A stretch of 63,664 nt of DNA, counting the filler, from Vannella sp. (lineage: Eukaryota), in NCBI GenBank assembly GCA_023345925.1. It is 5 parts of 5 records of this genome, joined end to end, with 100 filler letters (N's around TTAATTAATTAA, not from the genome) between each part and the next. Parts side by side here need not be neighbours in the genome. Positions count along the whole stretch, not along the records: positions 1 to 25,877 come from JAJQQN010000359.1; positions 25,978 to 33,134 come from JAJQQN010001252.1; 3 more parts are not named here. One strand, written 5' to 3'. Below are positions 23,133 through 33,234 of the stretch, piece by piece. The position numbers and the translations under genes are program-made. The notes beneath the pieces are model-generated. The model did not search any database. It saw only the letters and a program-made list of their open reading frames with translations, and was not told the DNA's origin. Positions within the stretch are counted from its first letter, which is position 1, and each line of letters opens with the position of its first letter.

Positions 23133-25442
23133 TTACCGGGAAGCGTTCATGGACTTCTGCCACATCTCCATGACCTTTCGGATCTCAGCGGCTCGACCAG
23201 TAGTTCGAGTGCGGCGGCGCTTGAGCTCGGACACTCGAAGAACAGATACAGACTCACCAATGGTAGACTTGAGACCATCGGCAGCGCTTGTCACTTGACC
23301 TCCGTCGCCACCACAAGCCACCTTGACGGCGGCAATCATCTTGACCTGAGTGGCTCTGTCACGCATGAAGCGGGCCAATCCAGTCAACTGCTCCTTAGAA
23401 CGAGGATCAGGAGTCTGGTCAATGACCTTACGGATCATGCCAGAGAGAGTATTCGTATCCAAAGCCAACTCCTTAGCCTTCAGCACAACCTCCTTCGCCT
23501 CTGTGGTCGAGACAGTCTCTACAAAGCGAGTGATCTCTCTCATCAGCTTCTCTGCCAAGGCAAAGAGGCTAGCAATGTCGACATCGTCGTCATTGGCCAT
23601 GGAGTCCATGAGAGCCTTGAGGTCTCCAGCCACAGAGCTGGTGAGCATCACTACCTCTCGGATACCATCAGCCAACAAGCGCTGAGACTCGTCCAGTTGG
23701 ATCTGCTTCTCCAGGTTCTTGGGGTCAGCAGCGGCGGCTTCGGCATCCCGAATGACGTCTCCGGCGTATCCTTTCAATCGCAGGGCTGCATCGATGAGCA
23801 GCTGCTTCTTGACAGGGTCTGTGAGTTGCTCTGCCATGGCGAGAGCGTCCTTGACCATCTGCAAGGCCAGCATGGCTTGCTCCTTGGCAGCACGGACCAA
23901 GTCGCTGTCTCCGTCGTTGTGGGAGACACCTTCCTCTTCTCGTGCTTCCTCGAGACCGGCAGCGGCAAGTACGCGATGAATCTGAGTGTTGAACATCTTG
24001 TGGGTGATGCCCAAGCGAGCCAGAAGCTGAGGATCCTTGGGCTTGCGAGAGAGGTTACGAAGGTCACCAATGTAACGGTCTCCAGCCTTGCCAAGGTCGC
24101 CAACAGCGTTGAGGATGTCATCACGCTTCTGGGGATCGTTGGTCTTCATCGCTACAGCCTTGGCGTCCTTGCTCACACGCTCAGTAATGGCCGCAATGCG
24201 GTCCGCATAGTAAGTGAGGTCCTCTGCAGAGGCGTTGGGTGCTGCAGCAATCATCTCCTCGCAGACAGACTCCAGCCACCTGGCGGTGTACCAGAGCTTC
24301 TCCTCTTCCATGTTCTTGCTGGTGAGGGCCACCAACTTGGTCACTTCTCCGTCAAAGGCTTCCTTACGACCCTTCATGACTTCAATGAGTGAGGCATTGC
24401 CAGGAGAGGCTTGGGCGTCCTTGGCAGAGCTGACAAAGGCACCAACCGCCGTCTTGGTGTCGTTGATGGAGTTCTGGATCTGCTCGCGGCGGATTGGGTC
24501 CTTCTCGTTCTCGAGAACTTTCAAAGCCTGAGCAATGAGGTCCATGCATGACTGCAGAGCCTCCTTGGCCATCCTTTGGAACTCATCAAGGGAGACTCCA
24601 CGGCAAACTGCATCGTAGAGGGCATCAGCGGCCTGGCGAAGAGCCTTGGCCAGGTCTAACATCTTGTTGAAGCGGTCAAAGGCGTCATTGATGTCCCCAG
24701 AGAAGTCAGGAACGATGGAAGCGGCCTCGATGAGGTCAGTAAAGATGCGGATGAGGCCCTTGTACTGCGCAGCCATCTCATTCTTGTTCTCACTATCAGA
24801 AGGATCAACGTGGACTGCATCAGCAACACGCAGGAACTCCTTCATCGCCTCCTCGACAAGATTAGCAGAGTGAGACAAAAGGGAAGCCTTTCCCTTGTCT
24901 GCCGAGTGGATAGACGCAGCACTGCTCTGCTGGTACACATAGACAGCACTCTCCCCAAAGATCCTCGAGGCCTCAAGCATCAGCTGGTCGTGGGCTGGAA
25001 TCTGACGAAGGACTTGTTTCTGAAGCTCTTGCGCTTCCTCGCACGCTTGAATGACCTTGCGAGAAGCAGCAGTGTCTGCAGCTACAATGAGGTCGTTGAT
25101 AGCCATACCAACGTTCTTGGCGGTGATGGCAAAGTTCTTCTTAGCGTCCAAGTCGGTAAAGGCGCTGAGGAGGCTAATGAAGGAGTTAATGAGGCTCTCG
25201 ATGGTGCTCGTGATAGCATTGGTGCAGGTGGTAATCTCCTTGGTGGTATCCTTGTGGCGTGCAGCCACGGCGATGTCCTTGGCCTGAAGGACGACCTTTT
25301 GAGTGTACTCGGCCAGCGACGCGCAGTTCGCTTGGATGTCTCCCATCTCTCCCGTGATAGTACAGAGCACCAGATTCGACACGGCTTCAATCAGGAGCGA
25401 CACGTTATCAGCCAGCTTCTCTTGCGACGACACGTCCGCCAT
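23133..25442 (-). CDS. Vinculin/alpha-catenin family helical-bundle protein
   Basis: 769-aa intronless all-helical amphipathic ORF; C-terminal ATQVKMIAAVK...QVTSAADGL resembles the vinculin tail (STQLKILSTVK...LVHNAQNL). Confidence 0.8.
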   Translation of the reverse strand: MADVSSQEKLADNVSLLIEAVSNLVLCTITGEMGDIQANCASLAEYTQKVVLQAKDIAVAARHKDTTKEITTCTNAITSTIESLINSFISLLSAFTDLDAKKNFAITAKNVGMAINDLIVAADTAASRKVIQACEEAQELQKQVLRQIPAHDQLMLEASRIFGESAVYVYQQSSAASIHSADKGKASLLSHSANLVEEAMKEFLRVADAVHVDPSDSENKNEMAAQYKGLIRIFTDLIEAASIVPDFSGDINDAFDRFNKMLDLAKALRQAADALYDAVCRGVSLDEFQRMAKEALQSCMDLIAQALKVLENEKDPIRREQIQNSINDTKTAVGAFVSSAKDAQASPGNASLIEVMKGRKEAFDGEVTKLVALTSKNMEEEKLWYTARWLESVCEEMIAAAPNASAEDLTYYADRIAAITERVSKDAKAVAMKTNDPQKRDDILNAVGDLGKAGDRYIGDLRNLSRKPKDPQLLARLGITHKMFNTQIHRVLAAAGLEEAREEEGVSHNDGDSDLVRAAKEQAMLALQMVKDALAMAEQLTDPVKKQLLIDAALRLKGYAGDVIRDAEAAAADPKNLEKQIQLDESQRLLADGIREVVMLTSSVAGDLKALMDSMANDDDVDIASLFALAEKLMREITRFVETVSTTEAKEVVLKAKELALDTNTLSGMIRKVIDQTPDPRSKEQLTGLARFMRDRATQVKMIAAVKVACGGDGGQVTSAADGLKSTIGESVSVLRVSELKRRRTRTTGRAAEIRKVMEMWQKSMNASR

Positions 25443-25686
25443 CTCTTCCAGCCGCTCACCAAGAAATGACCAAATCTTGTCATTGAACTAAGATTTCAAT
25501 TATTCCTTTTTTTCTTCAAGACTTGTTCAAGAATTCACCAAAGAGGAAAATTGCCAAAAAAGGGAAAAGGTACGAGAGGGCATTTCCCCTCGTCAACACA
25601 ACCCAGCCGAATTAAGCAAAGGGATTATGTTGTCCTGGTAGTGAAGGAGACCTATTTATTGAAAGTAAAGGTCTTCGTGTGGCTCT

Positions 25687-25877
25687 CTAGCAGAGGCCAG
25701 GGAAGGAGGAGACCTTTTTGATCTTAAAGTCCGGGAAGGAGCTGACGATCTGGACCTTGTAGTCAGGAGAAGAGGTAACGATTTGCCACTCTCCTGGTTT
25801 TCTGGCAGACGAGGACACTTCTTGGACCTTCAAGTCGGCGAACGAAGAGACCTCTTGCACCTTGTAGTCTGGGAAGG
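25687..25877 (-). CDS. 5'-truncated 7(1) septoil-knot-like repeat protein (not in ORF track)
   Basis: Translation FPDYKVQEVSSFADLKVQEVSSSARKPGEWQIVTSSPDYKVQIVSSFPDFKIKKVSSFPGLC*; AATAAA on the minus strand at 25655-25660; start lost at the contig end. Confidence 0.8.
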
Positions 25878-25977
25878 NNNNNNNNNNNNNNNNNNNNNNN
25901 NNNNNNNNNNNNNNNNNNNNNTTAATTAATTAANNNNNNNNNNNNNNNNNNNNNNNNNNNNNNNNNNNNNNNNNNNN
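25878..25977. other. Artificial contig linker
   Basis: N44-TTAATTAATTAA-N44 (stops in all six frames). Confidence 0.99.
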
Positions 25978-25994
25978 GTTGGGGGAAGTGGGAG

Positions 25995-28031
25995 ATGGGC
26001 AATCTCTTTGGGAAGAAGAAGAGGCCTTATGAGAGGGTTGGTTTGGAGGATTTGAGCTCGGAAGAGGAAGGAATCAAAGTGGAGGAGAAGAAGAAGCAAA
26101 CGCACACTCGCGTGCTGCTGACTTTGATGCCTTATTTGTGGCCGAAAGGGGATTGGGCCGTGCGCGTGTCTGTTGTGGTGTCGCTTGCATTGATGGTTCT
26201 TGGGAAGTTGTGCACTGTTTCGATTCCCTTGGTCTACAGGAACGCTGTGGACATCCTCACGCAAGACGACAACATCAATCATGACCTCTCCGCTGTCAAC
26301 TCCACTCTCACCCCTGGGGCAGTGGAAGATGGTTACGATGTACGTTATCTTATACATCTTCTCATCCATTCTGACCATCTCCAGATCTCTCAAGCAGCGA
26401 GTGAGATCATCTTCCCGTTCGGCTGGATCTTGCTCTACGGGATCCTCAAGTTCTCCACCAACACTTGTGCAGACTTGCGAGATACAGTCTTCATCCGTGT
26501 CACACAATCAGCCCTCCGATCCGCTGCATTGAACACTTTCCAGCACCTCCACCAACTCTCCCTCCGCTTCCACCTCCACCGCCAGACTGGAGGGATCCTC
26601 CGTGCCATTGAGAGAGGCACCCAGGGCATCAGCTTCCTATTAACCTTTGTACTCTTCAACATCGGACCCACCCTGCTGGAGATTGTGATGGTCTGCACCA
26701 TCATGCTGTACTTGTACACCTTCTGGTTTGCTCTCATTACCTTCTCTACGATGGTGCTATACGTTGTGGTCACTTTGAGCATCACTCAGTGGCGCATCAA
26801 GTTCCGGCGGGTGATGAATGACCTCAATAACGATGCCAATAACAAGGCTGTGGACTCGCTCCTCAACTTTGAGACGGTCAAGTACTTCTCTAACGAAGAG
26901 CATGAGGCGAACCGATACGGGGAGTCCATGAGTCAGTATTGCGCTGCGGCTGTCAAGTCTCAGGGCTCTTTGATGCTTTTGAATGGGTCCCAAGCTCTCA
27001 TTATGGCTGTGGGGATCTCCTCTGTCATGCTATTGGCGGCATGGGAGGTATCGAAAGGGAGAATGACTGTTGGTGACTTTGTATTGGTGAACTCTTACTT
27101 GATGCAGCTCGCCATTCCTTTGAACTTCCTGGGAACGAGCTATCGAATGATTAAATCATCATTGGTGGATCTAGAAAGCATGTTCGCTCTCTTGGATGAG
27201 CCTCTTGATGTCTCTGATCAGCCAAACGCAACTGACTTGAAAGTATCTCGCGGTCACGTCCGCTTTGAAAACGTGACTTTCTCGTACGGTCCCGGAACGA
27301 GTGTTTTCCAAGACATATCCTTTGATATTCCTCCAGGAAACATGCTGGCTATTGTAGGGCCAACCGGAGCGGGCAAAAGTACCATTTCCAAGCTTATTTT
27401 CAGGTTCTATGATGTTACGGGAGGATCCATCAGCATGGATGAATCCGATATCCGGCACGTCTCTCAAAGCTCTCTGAGGCGCAATATTGGTGTAGTTCCC
27501 CAAGACACTGTTCTATTCAATGACACTATTCGCTACAACATTGCCTACGGTAATCTGCACGCTTCCGAAGCTGAAATCCAGAACGCAGCTGTAATGGCGC
27601 AAATCCATGGCTTCATTATGTCTCAACCAGATGGATACGATACCAAAGTGGGAGAACGAGGACTCCGCCTCTCTGGAGGAGAGAAACAACGCATCGCTAT
27701 CGCTCGGGCCATCCTTAAGAATCCTCCCATCATGCTCTTTGATGAAGCTACATCTGCTCTTGATTCCAAAACAGAGCGCGAAATTCAAGCTCAACTGAAA
27801 CAAGTCTCAAAGGGGCGGACAACTATTGTTATTGCCCACCGCCTGTCGACTATCGTCGACGCCAATGAGATTATTGTCCTCAAGAATGGCACGATTGCTG
27901 AAAGAGGGACCCACAGCGAGTTACTTGACAAGAAAGGAGAATACGCAGAGATGTGGGCTCGCCAACAGGAGGGCTCTTCGGTTGTCCAAAACCTCGAAAT
28001 CTCTCCCGATTCTGATCTGCTCTCATTCTGA
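25995..28031 (+). CDS. ABCB6/ATM1/HMT1-type half ABC transporter
   Basis: LHQLSLRFHLHRQTG, DSLLNFETVKYF, PLNFLG, Walker A GPTGAGKST, LSGGEKQR, DEATSALD, IAHRLST. Probable in-frame 45-nt intron 26340-26384. Confidence 0.95.
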   Translation: MGNLFGKKKRPYERVGLEDLSSEEEGIKVEEKKKQTHTRVLLTLMPYLWPKGDWAVRVSVVVSLALMVLGKLCTVSIPLVYRNAVDILTQDDNINHDLSAVNSTLTPGAVEDGYDVRYLIHLLIHSDHLQISQAASEIIFPFGWILLYGILKFSTNTCADLRDTVFIRVTQSALRSAALNTFQHLHQLSLRFHLHRQTGGILRAIERGTQGISFLLTFVLFNIGPTLLEIVMVCTIMLYLYTFWFALITFSTMVLYVVVTLSITQWRIKFRRVMNDLNNDANNKAVDSLLNFETVKYFSNEEHEANRYGESMSQYCAAAVKSQGSLMLLNGSQALIMAVGISSVMLLAAWEVSKGRMTVGDFVLVNSYLMQLAIPLNFLGTSYRMIKSSLVDLESMFALLDEPLDVSDQPNATDLKVSRGHVRFENVTFSYGPGTSVFQDISFDIPPGNMLAIVGPTGAGKSTISKLIFRFYDVTGGSISMDESDIRHVSQSSLRRNIGVVPQDTVLFNDTIRYNIAYGNLHASEAEIQNAAVMAQIHGFIMSQPDGYDTKVGERGLRLSGGEKQRIAIARAILKNPPIMLFDEATSALDSKTEREIQAQLKQVSKGRTTIVIAHRLSTIVDANEIIVLKNGTIAERGTHSELLDKKGEYAEMWARQQEGSSVVQNLEISPDSDLLSF

Positions 28032-28072
28032 GATCGCTCAACACATCCAAACTAATACGACCTTTAATTCAA

Positions 28073-29584
28073 TCAAAGATTCACCAACTCTGCCTCTCTT
28101 GGCTTCTCCAACTCTTCTACAACGCGAATCCTAGTTTGATTGCGTTGCAAGAGGCGTTGGTTCAAATAGCCTAAGTGAAGATAGCGTAGACCTGGCACAG
28201 CGAGAAAGAAGATGCCGTAAGTGAACAGATACCAATAGAGAATTCGGCTCCACTCGAGCACGGAAAGAACGATCTGAGCCACTTCCGGTTCGAACTGAGC
28301 GTTGCGCATAAGTTGAGAGATATCAGCAGAGTAAAGGAACCACCCTAATAGAAGCAACTGCACCAAGTTCCACACTCCAAGAGCCAAGGTTTGGGGCGTG
28401 TAGAAGAAAGTGTAGGTGCGTTCGAGGATAGGAGGTCGCTCTTCGCCCTCCTCTAGCTCTCTTTCAGATGGCATCAGGCTTGGTATAGAGCTCTCTGTTT
28501 CCCATGTGGTTTGCCGAACCCGCTGAGAGGCAGCGGAGTGTTGAAACTCATTCACAGTATCAGAGACAGACATATTGAGACTTCCCAATTCGTCAAACCG
28601 ATACAATATATGTTGTCCATCATCCGATGCTTCTGCGACTCCATTAAAGCAGCGCAAAACAGGCAAAACAAAGCCTTCTTGCCGATGGTAAGTTGTTGGG
28701 CCCTCCAAGTGATATTGGAAGATGTACTCGTCTAGATAGGGCGCCATCTGAGCTGCAGATACGACAGGACCATCAAGTTTACTCCTAATCATCTTACCAA
28801 GAGACTGTAAGCTCCTAAGGCGTTGGTCAGCGGAGGAGTCGAAGGAATCTCCGAACAGAAACCGGAAAATGTCCTCCAATAGACCTCGTACGTCTCCTTC
28901 TGGATCGGTGTCGGTGTTATCAGAGTCATTACTCCCTCTTGGAGGGGGTGGTGGAGGGGGTGATGGTGGAAAAGGGTCAACATCGGGCGGATCCGAGTTA
29001 CTTGAGCTACTTGAGCTATACACGGGCACATTGTTGTGCGGAATAGGAGCTATGTTGTTCTGGTACACAGCAACGTGCATCAGATCTCGAAGAATCAAGT
29101 AGGAGAGGAAGTTGTTCCTCCCTCCTCCCCCACCTCCTCCACCACCGCCCCCAAAGAAGGGGGAAGACCCTCCACCAGAGCTGTCACGCCTCCCACGACT
29201 AGCAGTGATGATAAGGACAAAGATGACGAGGAGAGTGACTCCAACAATGATCAGGCTGAGGAGAAGTCCACCAGCAAAGAAGACACGAGCGCTGAACAGA
29301 GCCACTGACTTGATCCGCCGGAGAGCGTCAGGCAAGAAAGAGGCTCTCTTCAGAAGCTTCGAGCGAAAGTCTAAAGGGAAGACGAGTTGCCCACCATCCG
29401 GAGAAAAGCGGCCTCCTGTCAGCTCCGCCAACAAGTAAAGCTCCTTCTGAAAGGAAGCGCGCGGTCGGGCGAGTTCCACACTGACATCATTCAAAGATAT
29501 GGACCCTCCCTTCCTCTCAACCAATGAAGCCAGCTCTTGCAGGCTCTGATCAAGCGCAAACACGCTCCTCGCTTTCCCCGCCAT
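28073..29584 (-). CDS. At5g03900-like membrane protein (family known from cyanobacteria and plastids)
   Basis: GGSISLNDV..LAELTGG...FPLDFRSKL, LEDIFRFLFGD, AAQMAPYLD, FVLPVLRCFNG...ILYRFDEL, LGVWNL, YGIFFLAVPGLRY..NQR..RN. Confidence 0.75.
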   Translation of the reverse strand: MAGKARSVFALDQSLQELASLVERKGGSISLNDVSVELARPRASFQKELYLLAELTGGRFSPDGGQLVFPLDFRSKLLKRASFLPDALRRIKSVALFSARVFFAGGLLLSLIIVGVTLLVIFVLIITASRGRRDSSGGGSSPFFGGGGGGGGGGGRNNFLSYLILRDLMHVAVYQNNIAPIPHNNVPVYSSSSSSNSDPPDVDPFPPSPPPPPPPRGSNDSDNTDTDPEGDVRGLLEDIFRFLFGDSFDSSADQRLRSLQSLGKMIRSKLDGPVVSAAQMAPYLDEYIFQYHLEGPTTYHRQEGFVLPVLRCFNGVAEASDDGQHILYRFDELGSLNMSVSDTVNEFQHSAASQRVRQTTWETESSIPSLMPSERELEEGEERPPILERTYTFFYTPQTLALGVWNLVQLLLLGWFLYSADISQLMRNAQFEPEVAQIVLSVLEWSRILYWYLFTYGIFFLAVPGLRYLHLGYLNQRLLQRNQTRIRVVEELEKPREAELVNL

Positions 29585-30048
29585 CTGAACTATTTGAAAG
29601 GTGCCGATCTGAAATTATCGGAAGGGAGATGCGGAAATTACGTTCACCATAAGGAATTGACCATTTCCAGGACCCAGTCCATGGCAGTGGGGACAGTTAT
29701 GGCCGTACCATGACCCAAGCCTTCTCTGCAGTTGAAAGGTCATTCTAACATGAGGTACGCTCGGTATACGGTGAACATTGACGCTTCTTGGCTTTCAGGC
29801 ACTTGTCTCGCGGACGAGAGGCGGTTGAAGAGGGAAGCCGAGGTGCAAGCTCAAATGGTGAGTCATCAGGGATGGTCAACGTGATCCCCATCCTTTTGGA
29901 TTTGTGAGAGGATGTATGACTGCTGAGGAACCACGCACATGCCTGTGTTTGTCGCGGAGTGCGGTGTAACGCGGAAAGGAAGCTCTGTGCGGTCTGAGAA
30001 ACGGTAAGTTGATAGAAGCGGGAGGGTCCACCCATACCATCCGAGTGG

Positions 30049-30084
30049 TTGCTACCTTTTGCTACCTCCTTGCTACCTTCTTGC
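30049..30084. repeat. Short tandem repeat TTGCTACCTY(Y) x3
   Basis: ttgctacctt ttgctacctcc ttgctaccttc ttgc, upstream of the LRR gene. Confidence 0.7.
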
Positions 30085-30308
30085 TTGAGGATTTCCTGGC
30101 CCGACGGGTTTTTCCTGTCCGTATGAGCTGAAAACTACAATCATTTCATAATTATCTTCAACTCGCCGTAATGGCCGTAAAAGCCGTTTAGTTGGTCTGG
30201 CTAACACACCTACTCTCTGAACCACACCAGAAGTACAGCTTAGCATCACCACAAACGTGCATTTAATCGATTTGAATTAAATCAACTTTTTCTTAGTTTT
30301 TCGCGCTG

Positions 30309-33134
30309 ATGTGGTCGAAGACGGTCCTCCTCCTCCTTTTCTTCCTTTTGCTGTTCGTTTCTGGTCTTCCGTTGAATCAGACGAACTCTCTTATCAGCTT
30401 GTACAACGAAACGTCTGGAAGTAACTGGTTGAACAAGTGGAACACCTCTCAAGACCCGTGCACTTGGTTTGGGGTCAAATGCGATGCTTTCACCAGCACG
30501 GTCATTCTCCTGTCCCTTCCTAGGAACAGACTGAATGGATCTCTTCCTGATCTCATCCTACCTGATCTCTATGATATGTGAGGGAAGCAACCCAGAGAGT
30601 ACGGCGAACTGACGAAGGGCAGCGACTTGACCGACAACCTGATCGCTGGAACTCTCCCTTTGTGGCCTTCACTCGCCAAAGCGGCGTTCATGTAAGTCTC
30701 AATCAGCTACGCGACCAATACCAATGGATGGGAGTCCTCTTGATGTCATCTGACCTGTGGAAGCCGTTTGGGTGGCAATCAGATTAACGGAACACTTCAA
30801 GACTGGTTCCATCTCCCGGAGCTAATCTCTTTGTAAGATATCCATCAGGAAATTGAGACCCTCTTCTCTAATGGGAAGGGAAAGGGATTTGAGCAGAAAC
30901 CGCTTGACCGGGACTCTCCCAGATTGGTTCTCTTTGACAACCATGTGAGTTCCCTCATGAGTTGAAAGGAGGGTTACTGAATAGGTACTTCCCTTAGATA
31001 CCTACATCAAAACCGAATAGACGGAACTCTGCCGAATTGGTTAAATCTTACAAAGATCGAATTCATGTAAGAAGTCGACGCCAAGCAACAGCATCAATCG
31101 TAATACCTTGTATGGATCATAGTAACTTGAGTGATAATGTAATCACTGGAAGTCTCCCCAAGTGGCCCAATCTTATCAAGTTGCTCGTCTTGTAAGGAAT
31201 CAGACCTTCTTTGGGAGTTATCTCACTCTTGTGGCTTAAATTAGGATCTTGAGTAACAATAAGATCACAGGAAGCCTGCCACAATGGTCAACCCTGGAAA
31301 AACTCAACTTTTTGTAAGTGATGGAGTTCTGACCAATGCTCTGGTAGTCGCTGATGGCCACAATCAACAGGTCTGTGTTTGGAAATCACATCAATGGTAG
31401 TATCCCCGAATGGCCAGATCTGAGAGAAATGAAATCTATGTACGTTTGATCAAGCGCAGGTGGATTGTGAGAGGCTGACAAAAACAGATTTTTGAATTCC
31501 AACAATATAACTGGCAGCCTCCCGAGTTGGTCAAATCTTACAAAACTAGTCGGAATGTGAGCTTTCTTCCAATCATTGGCCTGGATTCTGATAAGATTGT
31601 GTTGTTTTAGCGATGCCAGTAAGAACCAGCTTTATGGAACTATCCCAAGTTGGGCCAATCAGAGCTCTCTCGAAGAAATGTAAGTACTTATAGCAACAAT
31701 AGAAGCGGAACTAAAAGAGAAAACCAGAGTACTCTTCGACAATCTACTCTCAGAAGAAATACCGGAGTGGCAGAATTTGCGAAACCTTTCGAAAATGTGC
31801 GCTAATCGGATGAACATCAATGGAAATTCTGATCGTCGTGCAGAATCTTGAGGGGAAACCAATTAACTGGAAGGATTCCAGAGTGGAAAAATCTGACAAA
31901 GTTGGTCAGCCTGTGAGTACCTCAGCATCGTCCCAGTTCTTGATTTGATATTATTAGGTTCATAAGTGATAATTTGCTCAACGGAACACTGCCTGAATGG
32001 ACTTTTTTGATGAACCTAAAGGAGATGTAGGAATTCCTGGCCGATTGGTAAACCCTGTAGGAGCAGCGGACTAATTGGACGGGATTCAATGATTAGGGAT
32101 CTTCACAATAACAAGATAACTGGTACACTTCCTCAGTGGTTTCATCTTACCCAACTCAATACGATGTAAGTGGTTCATTGAAGGAGTCTTTGTCAGCTAA
32201 TGATCCAAGATCTTTGTACGACAATATGATTTACGGCTCTCTTCCTGAATGGAAAAATCTTACTCGCCTTCGAACCATGTTAGTTTGTTTACTTATCATT
32301 GCCTATCTCTGATATCAATTGGAAACAGGCTTTTGGGAAGTAATCAAATCCAAGGGAGCCTTCCTGAATGGTCAGATCTTGGCCAACTTACTTTGTTGTA
32401 CGTTGTCAGGATCTTTGAAACGAGTTACTAATGAGTTCAGGTCGTTGTACGTGAACAGAATCAATGGAACTCTTCCGGAATGGAAGAACCTCACCAACCT
32501 TTCTGAAATGTGAGAAGAGACCAGAAATCAAATCTGTAGATTGTATTGAGTGTTAACCCATTACATACAGATACCTCTTCAACAACAGGATCAGTGGAAC
32601 GCTCCCCGAATGGCCCTATCTCACCCAATTATCTTTGTTGTAAGTTTGCTTTCCGGGTAGTTGAGGGCCATTTTGAAGGATGAATAGGAATTTCTATAAT
32701 ATCTCAATTGGTGGTCCTCTTCCTGAATGGAGGAATCTGACCAAGCTTCAAAGAGTGTTCGTACTTTTACTGCCCAAAATCCGATTTTCACTCACCCAAT
32801 GCGCCTAACGAGCAGATTTTTAAACAACAACCAGATTAATGGTTCCTTGCCACAATGGAAGGAGCTTGCAGCGCTAAGAACAGTTAACTTGGATTTAAAT
32901 AATCTTTGCGGGTCTCTCCCTGTTCCGAGTCCCAACTTTGCCCAGATCTCTTTGGGAAACCAAGTATTTGACTGCATGAATGTTCCGGCAAATTACTCGG
33001 GTGCGCTATGTAATCCAGCGGGTGGAACTTGTTTTACTCCTACTCAGACTCCAACTCTCTCAGCCTCCCCTTCCCAGAGTGCTAGTGCTTCCTCATCCCC
33101 TTCTTCGAGTCTCACAAGCACTGCTTCTGCTAGC
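30309..33134 (+). CDS. Secreted/surface LRR protein with one-LRR-per-exon structure, 3'-truncated
   Basis: Signal peptide, LRRNT cap (LYNETSGSNW..W...DPCTWFGVKC), 18 internal exons each encoding LxxNxIxGxLPxWxxLxxLxx, Cys cap, Ser-rich stalk running into the contig end. Confidence 0.93.
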
Positions 33135-33234
33135 NNNNNNNNNNNNNNNNNNNNNNNNNNNNNNNNNNNNNNNNNNNNTTAATTAATTAANNNNNNNNNN
33201 NNNNNNNNNNNNNNNNNNNNNNNNNNNNNNNNNN
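33135..33234. other. Artificial contig linker
   Basis: N-TTAATTAATTAA-N. Confidence 0.99.

Noticed and set aside
23295..24392. 365-aa plus-strand ORF (and similar ones at 7465-8346, 21398-21985, 48591-49181)
   Set aside because: Antisense shadows of codon-biased or low-complexity real genes.
25878..25977. Recurrent TTAATTAATTAA flanked by Ns (four copies) as a biological repeat or element end
   Set aside because: Identical 100-nt artificial six-frame-stop linker between contigs.
29745..30035. 96-aa minus-strand ORF between the At5g03900-like and LRR genes
   Set aside because: No domain features; length compatible with chance.
30600..32800. ~120-nt periodicity resembling a CRISPR-like array
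   Set aside because: Units are degenerate LRR-coding exons separated by GT-AG introns, not identical direct repeats; no cas genes.
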